DNA of 16,027 bases, taken from an uncultured Verrucomicrobiae bacterium (lineage in GTDB: Bacteria > Verrucomicrobiota > Verrucomicrobiia > Limisphaerales > JAFGQR01). The stretch spans positions 1 to 16,027 of the forward strand of contig CAWBHS010000108.1 of NCBI GenBank assembly GCA_963788655.1, written 5' to 3'. Shown here one piece after another: positions 8,428 to 16,027 of the stretch. Position numbers and translations under genes: made by a program. Positions within the stretch are counted from its first letter, which is position 1; every line of letters starts with the position of its first letter. A model generated the notes under the pieces. That model was not told where the DNA came from, searched no databases, and was given only the letters and a program-made list of their open reading frames with translations.

Positions 8428-10899
8428 TTACTCCGCGCTAAGGAGGTGCAGCAGTGAACTGCGGATGGTGAGCGCAACCAAATCATTGATGACGTCCAGC
8501 ACGACGAGCTGGCGCACGTGTCCCCAGATCTCCGTTTCATACGCGGTGCCGACGTGCAGCAACAACGAATCCAGCACCTGGCGGGTGTCTTCCCGAGCCA
8601 CGAGCCGCTTGAAGCCGCGCTGGATCGCCGGAAACGAGACGTGCGCGATATTGGTGTGCTCCAAGGCCGCCTCCACCGTGAGCCGAAGCAGCACCCGAAT
8701 TTCCTCCGAGGAAAGGCCCGCTTCGTTCGCCTCGTCGGGCTGAGTGGCTTGCCGAGCCAGGAGCAATTGCAGCGCGCGAAACCGGAGGCGTTGCGTTCGA
8801 GGTTCCAGCCACGGTTCCGGCTGCAGCCGCGCCAACACCGCGCGGGCCGGATCGGCGGGATTGCTGACCCGTTCCAGCAAGGGTGTGCCCACGATGCGTT
8901 CGTCTTCCCACCAGCCCGGGATTTCCTCGAGTTGGCGGCGCGTTTCCCGCGCAATGCGCAAATCAAAGTCGCGCACCAGGCGGATTTCCCGGTGGAGATA
9001 ACTGTAGCGGATAGGCGCCATCACGGCCTTGCGCAGACGCAACGGCAAGGGCACCAAATCCGGAACGACCAGTCGCACTTCCAACTCGCCGCCGTGCCGC
9101 TCCAAGGCGGCGCGCATGCACACGCTCCAGGACCCTTCGATGCGGGGCAGGTGTTGGTGTACGTTCACGCCGGCGAGCAAAGAAATCGCCGCCGTGTGCG
9201 TGATCTCCCGGCTCAACAACGGGGTCAATCCGTGCCGGCTGGCCAGGTCGTACAAGAAGTCGTAAGCCGTCGTTTCCAACTCGGCCCGACGGGCGGACCA
9301 CTCGGTGAATTGGCTCAAGCTGCATCGCCAGACCACCTGTTCGTCCTGGTGTTCGAGGTGGCCCAAACCGGCTTCACAGAGCGCATACGCATAGGCACTT
9401 TTGAGCAGCGAACGGCCGCGCAACCCCTTCCATTTCCCCCGTTCCTGTTCCAGTTCCCATGGTTTCAGTTGTTCGCCGCCCCAACCAAAGTACTCTGGAG
9501 CGACACGATGCAGGGCGGTGAACGCCGACACGCCCAAGCGGGACAGGATATTCGGAGACACCTCGTCAAAAAGTCTCGCCCACCGGCGAAAAGTGCGGGC
9601 CGCTTCATAGTTCAGCTTGCGGCTTTCGGAAAACAGATTCGGCTCGGACGCTCGCGCCTGTTCCAAAACTGTCCGGGCGACGCGATCCAACACCTCCCAA
9701 ATCGCTTGGTCGCTGTCGTGACAAACGCGTTGCGGCAACGAGGTAACCTTGGCGAGCACTTCCAGGGGCAGGTTGCCGCTGCCAAGTTGCTCCAGGCACC
9801 GCCCCAGCACCGACCGCCAATCCAACAGGCCGCTGTCACGCGTCAGCGAGGGCGGCACCCGAACCCCGAGCGAAAGAAAGGCGTCTTCCCAATCCGTGCG
9901 TTCGAAGGCACGAATATTCCAAACGGGATGGCCTTGTTCGAACGTCACCAAGCGCAAGCCGTATTGGATCTGCCAGAGCGCCGCGTGCCGTAACATGTCA
10001 GCCGCCCGGTCGTCGCTGAGTTCGCCACGCAGGGTCAGTTTCCACGGGCGCACCGGTGGATCGTCTCCCTGCGTAATGCCGGCAAAAGCCGTTTCCGGAA
10101 CCGTGCTGCTGCGCAGAAGACGGAATCCGACGCTCCGGAGCAGGTGACGCAAATCCGCATGCTCGATGTCGGCGCAGGTGCGCAAGCCGAACTTTTCACC
10201 CAGCAAATAGCGAAGGTAAATCGGCGCGCGCCGATCGAACACAATTCGCTGGGTTGGCGAAAGGCTCCGCAGTGCAATCGGCGGTGCCGTGTGGGACAGC
10301 GGGCAGAGCAACGACTTGGGATACGAACTCAGGAAGCCCTCCATCCGCGGTCGCACACAGTGCCAGGCCGTGAGGATCAGCAGTTCGTCGTACGCCGCCG
10401 ATTCCGGCAGCTTCGGAACTGCGGCCAAGGTGGCCGCCATTCGAAAGACCCGCTCAAAGTGGGGAAGCTCCCTCCCTTCGGCAGTGGATTCCTTTTTGCG
10501 CAAAGTTCGGTATTCGGCCTCCGCCATCGGATAGTGATCAGAGATGTTGCGCGCGGTTTCCAACCGCAACGGTGCGAACCCCGGCAACGGAATGCAAGCG
10601 CGCGCTTCTGCGGGATCGAGCGAAATCGTTGAGGGGATGGGCCAGCCGTGCTGCCATTGGGTTTGCCGGCGACCTGTGGTTTCGGGATCCGCGGGACCCG
10701 CTGGTGCGGGCGTATATTCTCGCGCCGACACTTCAGCTTCCGCGGAAGGGCCGTCCAGCAACATCTCAGCCATCTCACCATCCGTCCACGCTTGCGGATC
10801 GAACGGGTCGGTTGTATGCGCTTCTGCAAATTCAGACCACACGAGTACCCAGGTACTACCATTTATACGGGTGGATGTCACCTGGAAACCTAAGTCCAA
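8428..10899 (-). CDS. Large uncharacterised helical protein with DUF4046-like repeats and possible alpha-CTD-like and sigma70 region 1.2-like C-terminal segments
   Basis: 823-codon uninterrupted ORF with natural composition that fills the gap between lpdA and GH5. The start is uncertain (TTG 10899 or ATG 10773). Domain calls are by-eye only. Confidence 0.8.
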   Translation of the reverse strand: MDLGFQVTSTRINGSTWVLVWSEFAEAHTTDPFDPQAWTDGEMAEMLLDGPSAEAEVSAREYTPAPAGPADPETTGRRQTQWQHGWPIPSTISLDPAEARACIPLPGFAPLRLETARNISDHYPMAEAEYRTLRKKESTAEGRELPHFERVFRMAATLAAVPKLPESAAYDELLILTAWHCVRPRMEGFLSSYPKSLLCPLSHTAPPIALRSLSPTQRIVFDRRAPIYLRYLLGEKFGLRTCADIEHADLRHLLRSVGFRLLRSSTVPETAFAGITQGDDPPVRPWKLTLRGELSDDRAADMLRHAALWQIQYGLRLVTFEQGHPVWNIRAFERTDWEDAFLSLGVRVPPSLTRDSGLLDWRSVLGRCLEQLGSGNLPLEVLAKVTSLPQRVCHDSDQAIWEVLDRVARTVLEQARASEPNLFSESRKLNYEAARTFRRWARLFDEVSPNILSRLGVSAFTALHRVAPEYFGWGGEQLKPWELEQERGKWKGLRGRSLLKSAYAYALCEAGLGHLEHQDEQVVWRCSLSQFTEWSARRAELETTAYDFLYDLASRHGLTPLLSREITHTAAISLLAGVNVHQHLPRIEGSWSVCMRAALERHGGELEVRLVVPDLVPLPLRLRKAVMAPIRYSYLHREIRLVRDFDLRIARETRRQLEEIPGWWEDERIVGTPLLERVSNPADPARAVLARLQPEPWLEPRTQRLRFRALQLLLARQATQPDEANEAGLSSEEIRVLLRLTVEAALEHTNIAHVSFPAIQRGFKRLVAREDTRQVLDSLLLHVGTAYETEIWGHVRQLVVLDVINDLVALTIRSSLLHLLSAE

Positions 10900-10940
10900 T
10901 GAGCGAGCAAATTGCGACGAAGGCGCGCCGGATGCCGGAT

Positions 10941-11020
10941 GCCTGCCGAGGCGCGAGGAAGGAGCCTATCCGCAGTGGTCTGTAACTGACGAGCAACGAA
11001 GGCAGCCGTTCGGCAGCCAA
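10941..11020. repeat. Possible dispersed repeat or MITE-like element
   Basis: CTGCC (10943-10947) and GGCAG (11001-11005) bracket the sequence GAGGCGCGAGGAAGG...TAACTGACGAGCAACG. From memory this resembles AAGGCGCGAGGA...GACGAGCAACGC intergenic elements. Only one copy is present in the window. Confidence 0.3.
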
Positions 11021-11072
11021 GCGAATTAGTCTCAACTTGAGCGCGATTTGGAATGAGTGCCGGCGCTGAGCA

Positions 11073-12258
11073 TCAGCGTCCATCCACTGCATCATTCTTT
11101 CTACCCGTTGCCCCCAGAATGTCCGGGGTTTTGTGGACAAAATACTCCAGCCAATTGAACGTTATTGCCTCACCGATGCTTCGTTTGTTCTGGCGATATT
11201 GCGCAATGGTTTTGCCCCAGTAGAAACCGATCCAGCCCGTGGCTACGGATTTCGATCCGTCGATGAACTCATTCAACTCCGCCACGGAACACTTTAAGGG
11301 GAACATTTCCTCAATGATGATGGGCTTGCCAATGGCGTAAACCGTCAGCGCCTTCAGGGCCTTGTCCACCTGCCCTTTCTCCGGATAGAAGTGGACGCTC
11401 ACGAAATCCAGGTGCTGACTGACCTCCGGCGAATAGATCAACGGTTTGGCCGTCGGCCACGTCAGCGCCCACGGGATCGCTCCGACCGTGATCAGATGCC
11501 GGTGATCGTGTTGGCGGATGGTGGCCACCATCTGGTTGACCCAGGCGGCGGCAATTTGCTTGGGCGTGCGCCTCGCGAAATCAAGCGTCAGACGTTGCAC
11601 AAAATAACGGTCACCAAAGGCGCCGGGTGTCCAGTTGCGTTGCTGCTTGTCTTCGGTCAACACCGGTTCGTTCATGAGATCATAGCAGAACACCGCCGGG
11701 CTTTGGCGGCAGGTTCTCCGCTACTGCGGCCCAAAACCGGGCCTGCACGTCCCAACGTTGCGCCTCATCCAGGCGGTTGTACCACTTCGGCACGTCCTTC
11801 CGGTCGTAACAGCCCAGGCCGGTGACATCCAAATAGAGACCGGTCTTCTCGGCGAGCGTCAACAATCGCGCCAGTTGCGCGAGCGACTCGCGGTTGGTTT
11901 CCTGCGCCGACTTCATGAAGCGCGATACTTGCAGGTGAACGCGGACCGTATTCGCTCCAAGCTGCTTCATCTCCTCGAAGTCTCCCTGCACTGCGGCCCA
12001 CTCTTTCTTCCAATACGTTTCCAGGAGCCGATTGTCGGCATCATGATCGTAATTGAAGCCCCACGGATGAAATTCTGCCCCCGACCGGGAGCAAACAAAG
12101 CCGCGGCCATCGTCGCTGACCCGAATGAATTCCAACTCGGGTTGCCCTTTCAGCGGTGCGGCGGATCGCTCCTGCGCCAGAGCAGGAAGCACGACACATA
12201 CACTGGCAACGGCGCGGAACCATCGAGCCGTCGCGTTCATGATTGAGCTGATTTGCAT
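11073..12258 (-). CDS. Secreted GH5-like (clan GH-A) glycoside hydrolase, with an apparent +1 frameshift near 11714
   Basis: Signal peptide, F.PWGFNY, DFEEMKQLGANTVRVHL, acid/base YDLMNEP, DFVSVHFYP and nucleophile region KPIIIEE. Removing one A joins the frames as AVAE-TCRQSPAVFCYDLMNEP, giving about 394 aa. The start is 12258 or 12240. Confidence 0.88.
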
Positions 12259-12469
12259 GTCTTGCTTATAAGGTTGACCGCCCGGTACGGCGATGGGAAT
12301 TGAGTGCCTGCCACGCCGGAAACAACTCGCGCCGAGCTCACTGATTCGAATTCAAACATAGCTTCGTGGTTTCTGGGGCGTTGGCCAACTTCTAACGGTG
12401 CTTTGCAGGTAAATCAAGCGGTATTGCGTGGCCACTTTGTGTGACCAAGGAACTGCGATGTCCGTATTT

Positions 12470-12508
12470 CGCGAAGCGTTTGGAGTGCGTGGAGCTTGCT
12501 CCCGCTTT
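12470..12508. repeat. Single GGAG-type REP-like arm
   Basis: CGCGAAGCGTTTGGAGTGCGTGGAGCTTGCTCCCGCTTT: a GGAG tetranucleotide followed by the hairpin GGAGC-TT-GCTCC. No intact partner arm is present. Confidence 0.55.
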
Positions 12509-12576
12509 GGATGGTTGCGGAACACACAAAGACGAGTCAGGCATGCGCCGCACCGGGAGCGCACACTCTACGGATC

Positions 12577-12644
12577 GGAGCGCGGATGCCTTCATCCGCG
12601 CGAACAACCGTTGGGCAACGCACGGATGAAGGCATCCGCGCTCC
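12577..12644. repeat. GGAG-type REP doublet
   Basis: Perfect 22-bp inverted repeat GGAGCGCGGATGCCTTCATCCG (12577-12598) / CGGATGAAGGCATCCGCGCTCC (12623-12644). Each arm has the internal hairpin CGGATG-N4-CATCCG. Confidence 0.85.
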
Positions 12645-12712
12645 AAGCTAGCGGGACTGCTCGGAGTATTTCGCCCACACGAATTTGCTGGGACGGCGGC
12701 GAACCGGTGCGC

Positions 12713-12718
12713 TACAAT
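12713..12718 (+). promoter_or_regulatory. Candidate -10 box giving a leaderless GH26 mRNA
   Basis: TACAAT lies 7 nt upstream of the ATG at 12726. There is no Shine-Dalgarno sequence and no convincing -35 box. Confidence 0.4.
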
Positions 12719-12725
12719 TTCCGCC

Positions 12726-13781
12726 ATGAAACGTCCAGTAATCTTCCTGTCCTTCCTGCGCCTTGGTTTGCTGATGACCATGGCCCTCAGTCCGTGCCTG
12801 GTTGCGCCTGCTGCCGAACCCGCCAATCCGAACGCGACGCCGCAGGCCCAGGCCGTCCTGAATTACTTCCACGAATTGTCCGCGCGTCGCGAAGGCCGCC
12901 GCATCATTTCGGGACAATTCAGCGATTTTGGCAACGGCGCGAATCTCCGCATTATGGAGCGCATCCACGAAAAGACCGGTCACTGGCCGGGCCTGATCGG
13001 AGTCGATTATGCCGATTTTGGCCGCGGCAGCCTGACTTACAAGACGCCCAACCACGTCGCCAATGAGTATTGGAAGCAAGGCGGTCTGGTGACCGTCATG
13101 GCGCACATGTACAATCCCGCAAATCCCAAAGGTGGCGGCCTGCGCGACAAGGGCGTGAACCTTGCCGATCTGTTGAAGACAGGCACCGATACGCACCAAC
13201 GCTGGATGCAGGAATTGGATTTAATGGCCGCGGGTCTAAAGGAACTCCAGGACGCCGGTGTGGTGGTGCTGTGGCGTCCCTTCCACGAAATGAACGGCGG
13301 CTGGTTCTGGTGGGGCGCCAAGGAGCCGGCGCAGTTCATCGCGGTCTGGCGGCACATGTTTGATTACTTCACGAAGACCAAAGGGCTCGACAATCTGCTC
13401 TGGGTCTATGGCCCGAACCACAGCCAAAACACCGCCAAGTATTACGCCGGCGACCACTACGTCGATATCGTGGGCCTCGACGCCTACACGGACTTCATCG
13501 ATCCGGAACATATCAAGGGCTACGGCGAACTCGCCGCATTGCCAAAACCGTTTGGCTTTACCGAATACGGTCCCCACGGCTCGCGCAATCCACCGGGCAA
13601 TTACGATTACCGGCGATTCATTGACGGGCTGGCGAAGGAATTTCCCAAGACCTGCTTCTTCATGTGCTGGAATGCGAAATGGAGTTTGGCAACAAACGAA
13701 CATACGAAGGAATTACTCGACAATCCGTCAATCGTGAACCGCGCGGACCTGCCGGCAATGCGATTCAAATCGAACCCGTAA
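12726..13781 (+). CDS. Secreted GH26 glycoside hydrolase (probable endo-beta-1,4-mannanase)
   Basis: Signal peptide, PANPNAT..AQAVLNYF, IISGQ, acid/base motif VLWRPFHEMNGGWFWWG, NLLWVY.P, YVDIVGLDAY and nucleophile KPFGFTEYG. Confidence 0.93.
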   Translation: MKRPVIFLSFLRLGLLMTMALSPCLVAPAAEPANPNATPQAQAVLNYFHELSARREGRRIISGQFSDFGNGANLRIMERIHEKTGHWPGLIGVDYADFGRGSLTYKTPNHVANEYWKQGGLVTVMAHMYNPANPKGGGLRDKGVNLADLLKTGTDTHQRWMQELDLMAAGLKELQDAGVVVLWRPFHEMNGGWFWWGAKEPAQFIAVWRHMFDYFTKTKGLDNLLWVYGPNHSQNTAKYYAGDHYVDIVGLDAYTDFIDPEHIKGYGELAALPKPFGFTEYGPHGSRNPPGNYDYRRFIDGLAKEFPKTCFFMCWNAKWSLATNEHTKELLDNPSIVNRADLPAMRFKSNP

Positions 13782-13800
13782 AAGGAGAAGCGCCGATTCC

Positions 13801-16027
13801 ATGAACAAGAGAATATTTTGGCTTGCGCTGGGTTGGATGGGAATGTGGGTTCTGGGAACGAGTGGCACTTCTCAGATTCGATCCGGGCCGGTAAACGAAC
13901 CAGGTTCCTGGGAGCCCGTTGGCCTGTCCGGTGGCGGCGGCATGTTCATCCCAGCCATTTCTCCCGCGGACTCGAATCTCATGATGCTCAATTGCGACAT
14001 GAGTGCGGCCTACTTGTCCGAAGACGGTGGGCACAACTGGCGCATGATCAATCACGCCCAACTCCGCAGCGATACGCGCTGCCGGCCGGCGTTTCATCCG
14101 ACCAATCCGAATGTGATTTTTGCGTCGTCGGGAGGGCGGCTTCACGTTAGCCGTGATCGAGGCAAATCCTTCACGCCGATTGGAAATCTACGCGACTCGC
14201 TCTTTGGTGAAATCGCCATGAATCCGGACGATCCGAACGTGATGCTGGCGGGCACACGGAGCAGCGGTTGCGCGTTGTCCCGTGACGCCGGCGTCACCTG
14301 GCGGATTTGCCACGGGCCGGTGGGCCGGTTGATTGCCTTTCACTTCGACCGCACTCGCCAGGGCCGCACGATCTTCGCCGCGACCGACCAAGGGCTTTGG
14401 CGCTCGGACGACGCGGGACAAACTTGGATCGAGAAAACTCTAGGCTTGCCCTGGATGCCCATGCAGGCGTTTGCCGGGGGCTCCGATGCCAGGGCGAACG
14501 TGGTCATGCTCTATTGCGCGATCCCGAGCAAGAATTTGGATGGCGTCTTTAAAGGCGGCATCTATCGCTCCCGCGACCGCGGCGAATCGTGGCAATGGGC
14601 GATGGGGTCCGGCTTGAACATGGAGACCAAGCAAGCCGACCAATGGGCTTACGGTCCAATCGCTCAATACAATTACCTCCTTGCTACGGACGCCCAACCG
14701 TTGACGGTTTATGCGCTGAACACCGCCACCGGTTTCCATCCACCGCACAGCGACACGGTATTCCGCAGCGACGACGGCGGCGCGACGTGGCGGGCAACCT
14801 ATTTTCAGGATCCGCGGTTCCAGCAATTCAACGTTGCGCACGACTTTGTCACGGCGTCCACCGGGCAATGTTTCAAGGGTGGCGAAACTCCCTTCGGCGT
14901 CGCCATCTGCAATTCCGATCCCGACCGCCTGATGCTCGTCCGCAACGAACCGCACATCACCCACAACGGTGGCCGGTCACTGGTTCGTTGGCAGCACCTA
15001 TCCTGCCTGCAAGTCAACCGCCCGGTCCCGAAACGTCCTGGGTCTGCAACGGGCTCGTGGTCACCACCACCTGGCACTACTACGTCGATCCCCACGAACC
15101 AAACCGGCACTACATCGCTTACACGGACATCGGCCTGTCGCGCTCCCTCGACGGCGGCAAAACTTGGAAATGGTGGAACCAGAAAACCTGGCCGCCGTGG
15201 CGGAATACCTGTTACGAACTGGCTTTCGATCCCGATGTGCCGGGGCAAGATCTGGGGCGCGTTCTCCGACGTGCATGACATCCCGAACGACAACATCATC
15301 TCCGAGCGCCACGGCCACAACCGCCCCGGCGGCGTCTGCATCTCCCGCGATTTCGGCACGTCCTGGAAGTGCGAGGCGAAAGGCTTGCCGCTCAAGCCGG
15401 TGACTTCCATTGTGCTCGATCCGCGCAGCGCGAAGGGCGCTCGAACGCTGTATGCGGGAGTATTCGATGCCGGCGTATTCAAATCCACCGATGACGGCCA
15501 GACCTGGACGCTGAAGAAGAACGGCCTGGGGCATCCGAACAACATGCGCGTCTATCGGGTGATTCTCCATGCCGACGGCACGCTCTTCGCCAGCATCTGC
15601 GCCAAGCGGCCCTTCGGGCGGCAAGCCGCTGATGCGCGAAGGCGTCGGCTTGTATCGCTCCAAAGACGGCGCGGAAACGTGGGAGAAGATCAATGTCACG
15701 CAGCCGCTGCTCTATGTAAAAGACTTCTCGGTCCATCCGCGTGACAGCCGACGCATTCTAATGGGCGCGTGCGACGCCGGGTATGGCGACCATTCCGGCG
15801 GCCTGTATTTCACCGAGGACGGCGGCCAATCCTGGCGTCGCATCGGCCGGCAAGGTCCGCAGACGTTCGGCGGTTACTTTCATCCGCAGCACGAAGGCTG
15901 GATCTACATGACGCTGACCGAAGGCGCGCCTGGCGCTGGCCTATGGCTTTCGCGCGACAACGGCCAAACGTGGCACCCCTTCGACGCCTTGCCCTTTGCG
16001 AACATCCAGCGCGTGGAATTGGATCCA
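13801..16027 (+). CDS. Secreted BNR/Asp-box double beta-propeller, GH74-like; four apparent +1 frameshifts; 3' end beyond the window
   Basis: AAAGGAG at 13781-13787, a signal peptide, WEPVGLSGGGGM and 13 SxDxGx(T/S)W-type boxes. Frames switch near 14980, 15008, 15243 and 15612. The last frame (GKPLMREGVGLYRSKDGAETW...LSRDNGQTW...IQRVELDP) is open to position 16027. Confidence 0.85.

Noticed and set aside
8518..9993. 491-aa plus-strand ORF as an overlapping gene
   Set aside because: It is an antisense shadow of the 823-aa ORF with biased Gln/Arg/Ala composition and no start signals.
8285..12644. CRISPR array, tRNA or intact IS
   Set aside because: There are no direct repeats with unique spacers, no cloverleaf, and no transposase, integrase or cas ORF. 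The repeats are inverted REP-like units.
14975..15620. Programmed frameshifting or phase variation in the propeller gene
   Set aside because: No slippery heptamers or long homopolymers occur at the sites, and same-sign insertions in unrelated genes point to sequencing error.

Overview
GC-rich bacterial window. The gene set and the intergenic repeat families suggest a Verrucomicrobiota (Pedosphaerales-like) genome; this is inference. In order: an uncharacterised alpha/beta protein with a sigma54-like promoter (-); a NarL-type response regulator and a cytoplasmic REC-PAS-HisKA_3 kinase (-); a secreted PQQ-like beta-propeller (+); pyruvate dehydrogenase E2 (aceF-type) and lpdA with no adjacent E1 (+); an 823-aa orphan ORF (-); and a divergent glycan cluster of GH5 (-), GH26 mannanase (+) and a GH74-like Asp-box propeller (+, runs off the window end). 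Six apparent +1 insertions break three genes and most likely reflect sequencing error. Intergenic regions carry several distinct REP-like palindrome families. The best novelty candidate is the 823-aa protein: by eye it combines DUF4046-like helical repeats, an RNA polymerase alpha-CTD-like segment and a sigma70 region 1.2-like segment. All three assignments are unverified pattern matches from memory.
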